From: Antedon mediterranea
Lineage: Eukaryota; Animalia; Echinodermata
NCBI RefSeq assembly: GCF_964355755.1
Contig: NC_092672.1
Coordinates: 24,441,237-24,505,236 of the forward strand
Reading direction: 5' to 3'
Length of the DNA stretch: 64,000 bases
In this document: piece by piece, positions 39,360 to 52,084 of the stretch
Layout: every line of letters begins with the position of its first letter
Position numbering within the stretch: the stretch's first letter is position 1
The notes under the pieces: generated by a model
The model's input: the letters and a program-made list of their open reading frames with translations, nothing else
What the model was told of the DNA's origin: nothing
Databases searched by the model: none
Program-made: the position numbers and the translations under genes

Positions 39360-41302
39360 TACTGTAAAAAGTAGTGTTAATGTTTAAACGCTAAAATTAA
39401 CACGTTTCGGATAACACTTAATGAACACGTTTAAGTGTTAATGTTCAAAATTATTAACACGTTTAAGTGTTAATGTTTCCATAATTATTAATACGTTTAG
39501 GTGTTAAAGTTCCAAATTATTAACACGTTCAGGCGTTAAAAGAAATAACACATATATACGTTTATGAGTGGATAACACTTTATTAATGCTAAAACATGTT
39601 TATATACAGAATGGTGTTATAGTACTCTTAAATAGTATCTGTAATAAACACAAAAATGAAAACACAATCGTTTTTGTCACTGTTTCAGATCTTGTAAATG
39701 CGACCATTGCTTTGCGTTTTTTTACTTTGGTAGAGAATGTTCGGAACAGTGTGCCCTTGAAAGTTTATAAACTGCCCTTCACCAACAATAAATATCTTTG
39801 TACTGCCAGCCGTCCATACACACAATGCGTAGGGCAAGAGGACTTTTGTCTTGAAGCTTTTCAGCCAGAACGTCATCTGATATGTCTATTTCCTCTACCT
39901 GAAATATAAGGAAATGTAAATTGATTTCATTTTCAGTTATTTTATTTGATTGAGAGTCACTTTTAGGCATATCTAACTGATGCATGGTCAGGTGGATATT
40001 ATATTTTAATAATAATAATAATGTCAGTTTTTATATAGCGCGCTACACAATTAAGACTCGGAGCGAAAATCAAACTATACATAAATCAATGTGTTATTAC
40101 TAATCACCTACTTCCAACATTGTCATGGACGGTCTTGGATCTGGTACCTTTGCCTTTGACAACAGCAACCTTCTTCTCCAGGATGTCTAGTAGTCTAATC
40201 GAATCATCCTCAGCTCCCTCAAAATAAAATAAATTAATAAAAAAAAATTAAATTAAAAACAATTTTAAAAAATCGTAATTTCGCGGGGGGCCTGATAAAC
40301 TAATAAAAAAATGTATGGACCTTAGAAGTAGACTGGCCTAGCTAGTAGGGGCTCAAATTTGAATTATGACCCATTTATTTTTAAATAGGCTAGGTAGCCC
40401 GGCAGGCAATGAGTAGGCAGGCATATTAATAATACTAATAGGCCTAGCCTAGCCTAGGCCTAGGCCTAGTGCCTATTCTATAGGTGGCCAAGCCTAGATT
40501 TTCTGAACACTAGTATAGCCTAGCTAGTGCCTATATACCCGGCCTAGGCCTAGTTCTAATGTCTGACTGTTCAAATGCGACCGGACCATAAACTCGGGGA
40601 GAGAGGACATGCGCCAGAAGGCGCGCGCGGCGGTGTGTAAGAAAGTAGTATGGCGAACGCACGGGTCCATCAGGGCTAGCCTAATCTATGTTACAGTTAA
40701 ATAATAGGAGATCCTAGCTAGGCCATAATGACAAATTTCCTTCACTTCGAACTACGACCAAAACATGATAAAACTATCAGTAGTTCAAAATACAGATAAC
40801 AATTACCTATACGATGAAAGAAGATTGATGTGATTAGTGATTGTGATCTTCTCCGATTCTCTCGCTCACCAATGGAAAACAATGGCGCCTGAATCTCTAA
40901 CCGGCCGGCCTCTCACTCGTGCGACGCGTGATCATGTGACTTATCTGCAAGCGCTATGCGTTAAACAGTCAGAAACTTCAATGAGTACTTTAAACGTCAT
41001 GCGTTAATAAAATATTTTCACGGAGTAAATATAACAAAACAGGAAAAAAATCTGAGATATTCGTAGCTCTGAAATTCATATTCGTAGGTTTACCAATGTT
41101 TTTAGATCACTAAAATGAATAAGGCCTATCATAGCATAGGCCTATGTATTATTTCCCATGTAAAACTTTATTTTAAAATACAATGATCGTTATAAACACC
41201 ATGGTGTTAAAATTTAACGGCACTGACAACACACCAAGTGTTAATAATATGCTATTTTAACACCTACCGTTGATAATTAAACATCACAAATACAACGCCA
41301 GT
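39360..41302 (-). mobile_element. EnSpm/CACTA(CMC)-like non-autonomous DNA transposon with exon remnants
   Basis: Termini (T)ACTGTAAAAA ... TTTTTACAGTG, flanking TA, subterminal AACAC/GTGTT repeats at both ends; empty site present in the paralog at about 38945. Confidence 0.8.
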
Positions 41303-42635
41303 TTTTACAGTGTAATATAAAGCCAAACGTGGCAGTGAAGGTGAATCTTATGGAGTAGTCCTGTACAAGCCGGGCATTCAACAACATATTTTTTATATAA
41401 GAAAATTATACAAATATTGTATATTTTTTAGATTAACTATATTGAGAATGACAATTAAAAAAATACTTTATTGAAACAAATTTTTGTAATTTGTATACGA
41501 AGATCATTTTAGAATACACTCATGGTGATTACGCTTTCTTGGCTCTTAAGTCTGCGGCAAAGAAATAATGGGCTGTGTGGTGATATTGTCTGATTGGTTG
41601 ATTAATGTGTCTGCAATATTGGAGGGAAGCTCTACAACAAATGGACATGTTTCAAATGCATTGGAGTTGACGATCTCTTAAATCTAGGTGTACAGTATAT
41701 TGTTAGGTATAACAGCGATAATTACCACCACTTACAGGTTTGAAACATATAACAATACAGAATCAAGAAAAAGTAACAATAAAATACAAAATAATAAATA
41801 TAGATCAGCATGCCATTAACAATTTAAAAAGTGATGCTATAATAATAATAAACACTGAAAATTATATAGTATGCAATTCGAGTGTATTATTTACGATGGA
41901 TGGTGTATTTCAAAGGTTCAAGAAATATCCTTTTTTCCCAGTATAAGTGCTTAAATGTTTTAAGTATACATTGCAATTTTATATTCCTTTAACAATCATA
42001 AATCATACAGATTTGATAATGCATTTTATAATTTTCTCATATGTGTAAAAATGTCTAACAATTTGAATAAAATTGGTGTTTATCAAGTCAATACTGTATT
42101 CAAATTTAGGAACAGCTTAATCACAAAATAATGGGATTATTGTGCACTTTGTAATATTAATAATTCATTATAATGATGTATTGATACTTTAACACTTCTT
42201 TATTGTATCTTAAAATTTGTTGTTATCATTGATACAATAATACATGAATCAGGTGTCAAGTGTCAACAATTATAGAGCATTCATATTAACAGTTAATGTT
42301 GACTGATATGATTTTACTGTACCTTTCATCTCATCTTGAAAATTAAAAAAGTAAATAAAAATTAATCAAATATTAAAAATAATACAAATATAAATAAGGC
42401 TGATATTGATGATATTGATTGCAATTTGCCTAATGAGGTTTGATGATTAAAATGAGAACTCAACAGGGTGAATTGTCAATACAAGATGTAGGCCTACTGT
42501 AAGTAATAATAACCTGTCATTCTTTTAAAATACAAAATAAATTGGCAAATTGAGGGTAAATGCCACTTAAAAGAGTTTATATGAAAGTATTTGTATGGAA
42601 AAATTGAATTATCAATATGCATTTATTATTTTTAG

Positions 42636-42734
42636 GATGGAGACACACCTCTGATTGAAGCTGCACATCAAGGTTTTCATGAAGTCTGCTTGGTCCTTCT
42701 CAATAAGGGAGCTGATGTAAATCACCAAAACGAG
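42636..42734 (+). CDS. Ankyrin-repeat exon (99 nt, phase 0): DGDTPLIEAAHQGFHEVCLVLLNKGADVNHQNE
   Basis: TTTTTAG acceptor, GTACTT donor, exactly 33 codons matching the ankyrin consensus G-TPL--AA--G--EV--LL--GADVN. Confidence 0.9.
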
Positions 42735-44589
42735 GTACTTTCACACATTGTATTTCGAACATTTTTAAATATAGGTGGCCAGTACAATTAAATTAATAAT
42801 TTATGTTTTGTCATTGATACTGGGATTGTAGGATAATTCAAAGTTAGTACTAGTTCAAAATCTAGACTATTAGTATATTTAAATTTGTTTGAAAATGTAT
42901 ACCACAAATATTTGTTGACATGTGCACAACAAATAGTTTGTTTATTTTGCTTTGTTATCCTATTTTGTAAAGAAATTAATGAGAGCCTTATAATTAAAAG
43001 TTTACATTATTTATATATGCAGTATGTTTATTTACATATTTCTTGGTAGCAGAAATAGAGCTCACCTTATTCTGTCATATTTCCTCATAGAGGTTTGAAT
43101 TCAGTACATTGCATTTCATATGCCATTTCTAGTGCCTTAATTTACTGTACAATGCTTTCTTTATATTTATGTTATAATTTAAGAATCAGTTTTTAAAAAT
43201 GATTTGATAATAAATAACTGCTATTTAATTAATTAATGTATGTTTAAAATCCAAAAACAAAATGAAATTAATTCTAAATAGGCCATATAGTTTTTCTTGG
43301 TCAGAATAGCATGTAGCTTGTTAGGTTGAGTTAATTCATGGAGGTTTACGCAGGGTTTTTGGTGTTTGTGCAATTTAGCAATACCCCTGTGTTATTGATC
43401 TTGATCATCAAGTTAGTGAGGGTTTTAATATATTCCTGTCAGTCTGGATGGCAATATACTATATGGTGACAAAAATAATAATACATAGCCATGTCCTATA
43501 TTGAATCCCAAATCACAATATAAAAAGATCAACTTTAATGATTTTGTAAAGCTTCATATTTGTTAACAGACTGTTCATTCTTTTAAATTCAAACTTTTAT
43601 TTATCCACAAAATATCAAAGATTAAAATTAAACTTGTTTAAAAAATGAAAAAAATTTTAAAACACTGATCGTGCCTTAAGTTGGTCATTGACACCATTTT
43701 AACTAAAATAACTAACTAAAATTTAAAGTTTAGTTAGCAAAGTTCAAAAGGATGAACTAAAACACCTAATAAAAAAAGTCTATGAGGATGCTTGTTTTTC
43801 TTTTCATTATTGAATAAATGTTATTGAATTGAAATTGAATTTTAATCACAGTCTACACATACAATAATATACAATAATGACAAAATATGATGTTTTAATT
43901 AAGTTTAACTAAAAATGAAAAACTACAATGTGTATTCCCTTTGCGTACTGTACACCCATTTTTTATTGTTGCAAGGTTTCAAAATGACGCAATGAACTTT
44001 ACTCCGTCCATTGGATTGAATGTTAAATCAACCAAATATAAGTCCTGATAATGAACAGAACAGAGTATGCTCAGTATAATGTGCATAAGCATGCGCAGAT
44101 TAATATTTTGTGTAGATTACCATATCCTTTCATCTACCATCCACCTTCGTCTACCATACAGTACTGTCATAAAGTCACTAGTTTTATTGTAAATTAACAG
44201 CACACTACGTGCTAATACTAAATAGTAGTACTAATCATTGTCAGTATTTTCATTTCTATTGTAAATTAATAGTCAACAGATACCTCTTAGAATTGGTAAG
44301 TCATACATTCTACTCATTCACCCTTTACCAAAAATTTTGTATTTTTAAAATGTCTTTCTTTCCATCATATATATTCATTTAGGACTGACAATTTTATACT
44401 TATAGTTTCATTCTACTGTAAAACAATAATACTCTCTTTGTCATTACATTCAACCTCTAGTCTTACATTAATATTCAAATAAATTCAGAATAAATACATT
44501 TGAATGATGAAGCCTAAAAAAACAAAAAACCAGAATTATAACTAAAATACAAATAAATTGGTATAATTCTATACTATTGTACCTTTGAT

Positions 44590-44899
44590 CAAAGAACTTA
44601 TAACACAGGAATCTCCTGTTCGTCCGAAGCGCGTAACAATTTCGAAAGGTATTGTGGGATAGAATTGAGCTAATGGGTGGTGCCATTGTGAGCCATGGAG
44701 TAGCGCGCCCTCATCAAATTAGTAATTAGAGTAATTGACTGAGCCCTCTATAGGAATTAATAGTTTTGACTTCCTAGTTTGGAGGGGGCGCTGCTCCATG
44801 CTGTGAAATGGCGTCACCCACCTTTTAACCCTGTACTTCCAATACTGTGTTTTAAATGCAAATTGAAGAACAGGAGATTCTTGTGTTATAAGTTCTTTG
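44590..44899. mobile_element. MITE with 32-bp TIRs and 7-bp TSD (P-element-like)
   Basis: CAAAGAACTTATAACACAGGAATCTCCTGTTC / GAACAGGAGATTCTTGTGTTATAAGTTCTTTG (one mismatch); CTTTGAT on both sides. Confidence 0.82.
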
Positions 44900-44994
44900 C
44901 TTTGATGTAGATGATGATACATAAAACTGTTATAAAGCCTATCAAACATACAGTAGTAAAGTCAACCAGAAATAAAACTTGATTTACTAATTAA

Positions 44995-47900
44995 GAGCCA
45001 TTGTCTGTAAGAATCAAAGAAATATCAAAAAGAGTGGCAGACTAAAAAATATGGATTTCTTTCAAATTTTGCACATGGCTATATATGTGTTGAGAGAAAT
45101 CAAATATGAAGTATTTTTAATTTCACACGTATATTTCCATGGCAACGGCCAAATTTGTGTTTTTGACAAATTTTGTCCTTTTTTAAGGTTTTTTAAAATG
45201 GATATTGGTACTACTTTGATGAACGCTATTTTTGTTTTGTTCATTTAATTATAAAAAATAATTAGTGTATGCATAATAACAATGCATTGTGTACCTGTTA
45301 CAAATTTTTTTATTTTTTTTTATTTCATACTTTGGGAGATACCATTTATTTAAAAAGGGGTGTTTTTCACTTTTTTTAAATTGTTCAATGCAACTAAACT
45401 TTACTTCACCATAACGCCCAAAGTGGTGTATTTTTTTAGCTGATTTATTACAAATAGGTAGTTCTAATGTTTAATAATTGATTTCTAAAATAAAATACTG
45501 CGGTGAATTTAAAATCTACAAGCAGTGTTGCGAGAAACATAGGCATTTTTATTTTAAAAAAACATGGTATATTAGTAAAAACATTTTATTTTCTTTGATT
45601 ATTTGATTTGAAACTCATTGGTCAGAAAAATTCTTAATGTTTTATATAGTTCTAGTTGTGTTGTGAGAAAAAAAATTAATTTTTAATTATAGATTCTGTA
45701 GTTCCCAGTTGTAATGTTATTTTAGAGGTTATATCCTCTGGAAATTTGAATAAATTATCAGATCGTTGTGAATTTTAATCTTTGCAACAGATTACTCCTC
45801 TCTTATTTTGAAGCTCCTCTTTCATTTGTTTACTTCTTTTATTTGCTAACCTAAGCAGATCCCACATGCCCATCCACCACCACTTTCGACTATCACCCCC
45901 CCCCCCCACCCCGACTATAACCATAAAACTGCAACACTTTGGTCGATCATCCACTATAGAGTGTCAAATGCATGCATTCAAGCACCACCCACACTGCCGC
46001 TACTATCGCCCCAATAAATAGACGGATTCAAACTCCTCCATCCCACCCCTCCCCCTTTCTCCAAGCCCCCACCCACCCCAAGTTAAAAATTGCAATGCAA
46101 AAGATAGGACATAAAGTTAAGTTTTTAGACCCTCGCCTTCAACCCCTAACTATTTAAAAGTCTTGGGTCCACCACTTTCCCCTCCCCAAATTAGAACCAA
46201 TCAAAAGTCAATGATATACTCAGGTATGTTAATGCTACATAACAAATATTGAAGCCCTTATTTGAAATTTCATTTCATTTAAGGTCAGCATGTAAAATAT
46301 CACACTTTATTATTAAATATTGGTTTTAAATTCTATATTTTTTTTACTGTGATGGTTGGATTCAGTATTAATTATTAATTAATAATTATCTGATAATTAT
46401 TTAATTTCCCTTAGTTATGCATAGCAACAGTTACTATGGTAACTAAAAATGAGATATTCTTTAGATTTTGCATATTTATCTCATACAAATTTAAATTTGT
46501 AGATTGTTAGCAGGCATGCCTTATTTGCATTTTCAAATTACCGTTTCACAAGGTCATATTCGTAAGCACTTTCTTCTGTGATTATTTTTATTCATGAAAA
46601 CCCCGTATTTTATTTACAGCGGCCACCTCCCTTAACGGACGCACTTTGAAAAGCCTGTTTGTTCTTCCTATCTAATTAGTGCATTTGGTGCTTACCGTAA
46701 GCAGCTGCAGGCACCTTTTTATACTAAAAATGAGATTTTTTGTAAGCGGCCAATCGAAAAATGTGATACTTATTGCATGGACCTATGAATTAGAGGTGCA
46801 TATTTATTGTATTTCTTTATATATTAGCTTTATTTTGAAGAGGTTTTAAAAACATTACTGTGAAGAGATGAGAAAACTACACAGATTTTGACCGACCATT
46901 TTTCATATGATAAAAGTTTTTAAAATTTGTCTGAAAATGATAAAAAATACTAAACCACCTGATTATTAATAATAATAGGCCTACAATTAGCTGGAAAATT
47001 GAGAGGCTCGTTTCGTTAAGAATATCGTATATAGCCATAATAAGTGATTTTGGCCCTTTATCGGCAGAACCTCCCGTAAGGGGTCACCGCCCGTAAGCGG
47101 CCACTTTTCCAGATCCCGAGGGTGGCCACTTACGGGAGGTTCAACTGTATTTAAAAAAACAATTATCCTTAGTTATGCATAGAAACAGGTTCTAAGATAA
47201 CATAAATAATACATTTTGACATAACTTGACCCAACAAATGACCCTTTCACAAGGTCAGACATTTTCTGGGATTCAGTAGATAAGTAAATTTGGGAAAAGG
47301 TAGTAAAGCTATGTAATCTATTGTTTGGTAGTCATGAAACCCCATATTAAAAATATTGTACTTAGTTACGTATAGAAACAGTTGCTACAATACTCATTTG
47401 ACCTCAATATGTAAAATATTTTTTTTTTTTTCATGAAACTCCATATTTAATTTTTTTTTTTTAAATATCATTTGTAACGTAAACAGGTTTAAGATAACAC
47501 TAAAGGTCATTTTTTTTACCTTTATTCAGATTCGTCAAGACTTTCTTCCTGAGATTATTAGGATTCAGTATTTAAAGTAAATTTGGCAAAAAGTAGAAAT
47601 GTAAAACTATGTAGAAAAAATGTTTTGTATTTATGAAAAACCCCTTATTTTTTTGAAATTTTTGCATAGAAACAGTTACTATGGTAAAATGTTGACCTCA
47701 AAATGAATGAATTTACAAGGTCAAGTTTGTCATTAATGGAATGCAGTAGAAGTAAAATTGAGAAAAATTACAAATGCAATCAATTCTTTGTATTTATAAA
47801 AACGCCATTTTTTACGTTTAAAAAAAAATTACTTTCCTTAGTTACACATAGAAATGCTTGCTAAGGTAACACTATAGGTAAAATATGAAAATTGTTGAGA

Positions 47901-48869
47901 ATTGTTATGAACTATCTTGTAAATTTTGATCAAACAATAGTTGTAGTAAAGTGGGGACCAGTCCTGTTTTGCATTCTGACCCCCTTTGACCTCAAATGAC
48001 CTATTTACAAGGTCAGATTTTTTGGGAGGTCTTTCTGTATCTCTTTACACAAAATAGATTTAAAAATTTATAAAAACCATTGACGCAATTATTTCCAAGT
48101 TTAACATTATTTTCCATCAACTAAATATTTCAATGCAAAATACTGTTTTTCTGGCAATTAATTGAAATAAACCTGGCAACACATTCTCCTATTTTATCTA
48201 AATTATTCGTATGACTCTAGTAGCATTATGACAAGCCACATATACATTTTATTATTGGATTAGCCATATTTAAATTGTGTTTCATGTGTTTTGTTTGTTG
48301 ATATTTTGTTATATTTTTTATATTTTTCGTATTTTCCTGGCAACACAAAACCTATGTACGAAATTTACCCCAGTGTTTTTTTCGTGATTATTGTTGAAAA
48401 ACATATTGACTATCAAATTAAAAAACCTCATTGATTTAAAAACACCACTTTGGAAATTATAGGTACGTTTATGAGGTATACTTTTATAAAAAAAATATTT
48501 TTTAAAAACACCCCTTTTTAAAATAATGGTATCAACCAAACTCCATTTTGTAATTTATTTTTTTTCTATATTAAATGGAACTCAATACATGTTGTTTACA
48601 CTGCTATAAACAAAAACTGTATACTGTAAGTATTTTTGGTTAAAATAAGTATACAAGTTTGTACTTTTTCACTGTAGAAAATCTGTGAAAAATGGCAAAA
48701 ACATCAAAATTTGGATAATTGACCGTTGTCATGACAACGGAGGCTAAAAATTAAAATGAATGTTGTAGATATGCTTTTTATTGAAATGTCTATTCATGGT
48801 AAAAATTTGAGAGAAATCCATTTTTTTTACATCTGCCACCAAATCTTTGATTTTTACAGACAATGGCTT
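44995..48869. mobile_element. Kolobok-like non-autonomous DNA transposon (3.9 kb)
   Basis: TTAA on both sides; TIR GAGCCATTGTCTGTAAGAATCAAAGA / TCTTTGATTTTTACAGACAATGGCTT (RR...YY ends), extending imperfectly beyond 100 nt; degenerate ~190 bp internal subrepeats at 46200-48020. Confidence 0.78.
46617..47147. mobile_element. pogo/Tigger-like MITE nested in the Kolobok-like element
   Basis: TA|CAG ... GGGAGGTTCAACTG|TA; repeated CCGTAAGCGGCCAC motif; left TIR partly deleted. Confidence 0.62.
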
Positions 48870-49037
48870 TTAAGCTTTGGTTGTCAACACAATGTAGGCG
48901 CTACGCAAGTGAGTTGACCAATAACAAGCAACAGTTCGGATAATCCATCACATTGTGATTGGTCAATTTGCTTGATTGAATTTACAAAAAAATTGGATAG
49001 ACTACAGACAAATGGACAGACTAAATGTTGGGACAAA

Positions 49038-49732
49038 CAAACTTATTACATTACAGACTGCTTTGTTCATGCACAAATTTAGTAATCAGAAACTTCCTAT
49101 CACATTTAACCGATTCTTTACAAAAAACAACGAAGTTCACAATTATAACACCCGCAACTCTAATAAATATATCCCAATCAATAACCATTCTACTACAGCA
49201 AGAAACTCAATTAAATCCACTGGCCCTATTTTATGGAATTCTTTTCACACCTTCCTAACTAACCGCTCTTTCGAATCCTTCAAGTTTAGCTACAAATCAT
49301 CGTTGGTATCAAAGTATTCAATCAATCTCCCCTAAGAATTCAGTTGTTATCCTCTAACCCAGTTTTTTAACTCTTGTCCAGCGTCTTCGTCCCTTCTGTC
49401 CTCGTTCTGTCACGTGTTTTTGTCCTGTGTCTTGTTGTGCTTGTGTATGTAGCTTAAATTGTTTAATATTTTTTCTTTATTCTTGTTATTTATTTATTCA
49501 TATTTTATTTTCATTTATTTATGTATTGACTACTTTTGAAACATTTATTATATATACTTTTTGAATTATATTTTTTTTCTGGTAGAACTAGCCTTAAAGC
49601 CATCCGGGCTTATTTATGTTTCTCCAGCATAAGTGCATTCTAATTATAAAAAAACCCCAAAAAACACTGTAATATTATTTCACAATGATGTACTGTATCT
49701 TATGAAAATAAATTGAATTGAATTGAATTGAA
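49038..49732 (+). mobile_element. 5'-truncated CR1/L2-group (Crack-like) LINE: ORF2 C-terminus, 3' UTR and (ATTGA)n tail
   Basis: Peptide LQTALFMHKF..LP..F..NNEVHNYNTRN...SIKSTGPILWN...FK, stop at 49335; AATAAATTGAATTGAATTGAATTGAA tail. Confidence 0.85.
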
Positions 49733-50139
49733 CATGCAATTATTACTCAGTAATTACCTCTGTAGTCCCATGGGTTTTCTTTTAAATAGTTATTGATTAC
49801 AGTGCCTTAAAATATTCTTTAAATAATAATTGTGTAAATGAATTTGACCAGAACCTTTACCATGCCAATCCATATCAATACTTTGAGTTACAATTGTAGA
49901 TAATATATTGATATTCATTTGTAACTATACACTACCTAGGCTTCATTATCTTAAGATTATTAGAGTATGCGTAACAGCAGTTGATCATACGCACTGTTTA
50001 TAGTCTATGTGGTGTAGTAGGACTACAGGGGTAGTCCTATGCTACAGCAGTATATCATAATTACTGTTTATATTTTATGTGGTGTAGTAGGTACAGGGGT
50101 AGTCCTATGCTACAGCAGTATGATCATAATCACTATAGG

Positions 50140-50470
50140 GCTGGAAGTCATTCAAATATATAGGGTTGTAATTGTATTAAACTACTGTGGAGTAGGGAAT
50201 AGGGCAAAACATCTGACCAATTACTCAACTCCCTGACGCAAAGCTACTCCACAGTAGTTTAATACAATTACGCTGCGTACTTGGACTCGAATCTAACCAC
50301 TAGCCATCAGCGCAAGTGGTCAGAGGTATGAACGGCAGGCTAGTGATCTGGAGGTCGTGGGTTCGTCTCCCACCCAAGAACTTTTTTCGCAATTATTCTC
50401 AAATGTACTTAGTATGAAGTACAAATGACGTCAGAGTTCGGCAAAACATCTGAACAATCATTCAAATAAT
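50140..50470. other. Small insertion with a 28-bp perfect inverted repeat and a tRNA-like segment, set in a ~70 bp minisatellite
   Basis: IR 50168-50195 / 50244-50271; AGCGCAAGTGG..GGTTCGTCTCCC at about 50309-50371; direct repeats GGCAAAACATCTGA and TCATTCAAATA. Confidence 0.6.
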
Positions 50471-50927
50471 TATACCAAATTCTATATTGTGTGGTGTCTG
50501 GTACAGGGGTATGGCTACATCAGTATGGTCATACTCGCTTAGTGCTTAGTATGTGACCTGATTTTAGTGAAGGTGACAAAGTCACATTCCTCAAACATGT
50601 ATCATGTTCAAATAGACTTTAATACCATATAACCATAACATCTTTATTATTTTGTCTGTTTTTGTTATTGCATGCATCCATACATATGGGGAATAGAAAG
50701 TGACCGCAATTAGGGCGAGGCGCCTCGGGGTAATGAGGTATGAAACTGACTGATTGTACTGTGAAGTTTTAAACTATAATTGTAACAGGTATTCTGTACT
50801 TATTAGTATAAGATATGTTTTTATTCAACTGTGATATTTTATGTAAAGGTTGTCATTTTGTTTTTTGTTTTATTATTAACAAAAATGTGCATTTTTCTAA
50901 CATATTTATTTTTAAAATGTTAAATAG

Positions 50928-51026
50928 AATGGCGAAACAGCATTGCATTGGGGTGCAGCAAATGTTCATGTTGATGTCTGCCAAATGTTGGTAGACATGG
51001 CAGCAGCAGTGGACCAACAAAATAAT
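50928..51026 (+). pseudogene. Ankyrin-repeat exon (99 nt) with mutated donor: NGETALHWGAANVHVDVCQMLVDMAAAVDQQNN
   Basis: TAG acceptor, 33 open codons matching ankyrin consensus; followed by TTAAGT where GTAAGT is expected. Confidence 0.8.
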
Positions 51027-52084
51027 TTAAGTCATAAATTAATGTTTGTATTGAGAACCATTCAGGATCAGAATCCTAAATTTTATTCTTCATTTTAGTT
51101 TAAAATTCTTGTTCTTCAAACAGAATAGCACAAAATGTAGCCTAAGAATGGAATTATTTTATTATGGTATAGAGGCTACTTGTTAATACATTCATATTTT
51201 TTTCTTATTTGAAATTTTTATTAAATTGTCTAATTATTCTACATCTTGAATTTAACATATTTATACCATCAAGATAGTCCAGACAAGTCAACATTAACAA
51301 CAACAAAATAAACAAGTTTAAAATGCTATTTTTTGGCTATAAAAAAGCTGCAGTTAATCTAGCAATCATTTGGTGGATTACTGTAATTTAGTTATTAATT
51401 CTCTATTAAATAAATGTCATGAAAACTATAGCGCTTAGATTGCTTAGTGCTTGAAGTTGCTTGTTGGTATGACAACTACAACTAATGCAGATCCTGCATT
51501 GTATCTGTCTCAGAATATCCTTGTTTAATCAATCTTTTTAAAACTTGTTTAATCATTACATTAGTAATGCTAATTTTAATACACGATTATAATATTATTG
51601 AATGCATTTCATTCATTTCTCATTTGTTTCATGCTGCACAATTTTGATGTGTCAGGCACGTTTCTGATGGTAATGGTATCTTGGACCTTGTGTGAATGGA
51701 TAAAAGGCAAACAACTTTGGGGAATACATTTTTGTTATACTGATGTTGTCACAAAAGTTTTTAGTTTTTCTGATTTCAGGATATGTTATTTGTAAAGTAA
51801 TGGCATAAAATTTAAACTGAATTCAAATTGAATCAAATATTAAACTTCTTCTTCTACTAAAATGTAGAGTAGACATTACTCTATACATTGATATAAAGAA
51901 TTAAATGTTTGAACAAGAAAAACTGTACTTATAGCTATTTTTTATCATACCCTACCTAAAATTGTTTAATAATCTAGAACTCAGTGTTTTGTTAACTTGT
52001 GTTCGTACATATTCATAGCTATAAACATGTGCATAACGATGCTTAAATTAAACAGAGTTATAGGCCTACCTATCATATAGTATA

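Larger units (their letters stand above)
38762..41650. repeat. Local tandem duplication of a ~0.45-0.5 kb unit; second copy split by the EnSpm-like element
   Basis: Copy 1 about 38762-39250; copy 2 about 39248-39359 + 41303-41650 (shared CGTGGCAGTGAAGGTGAATCTTATGGAG, ATATTGGAGGGAAGCTC). Confidence 0.85.

Noticed and set aside
48976-49335. 119-aa ORF as a host gene
   Set aside because: It is the C-terminus of a 5'-truncated LINE ORF2 read in from flanking DNA.
50550-50590. TATGTGACCTG resembling the TIR of 2075-3866
   Set aside because: Match is only about 11 nt and no partner TIR was found.
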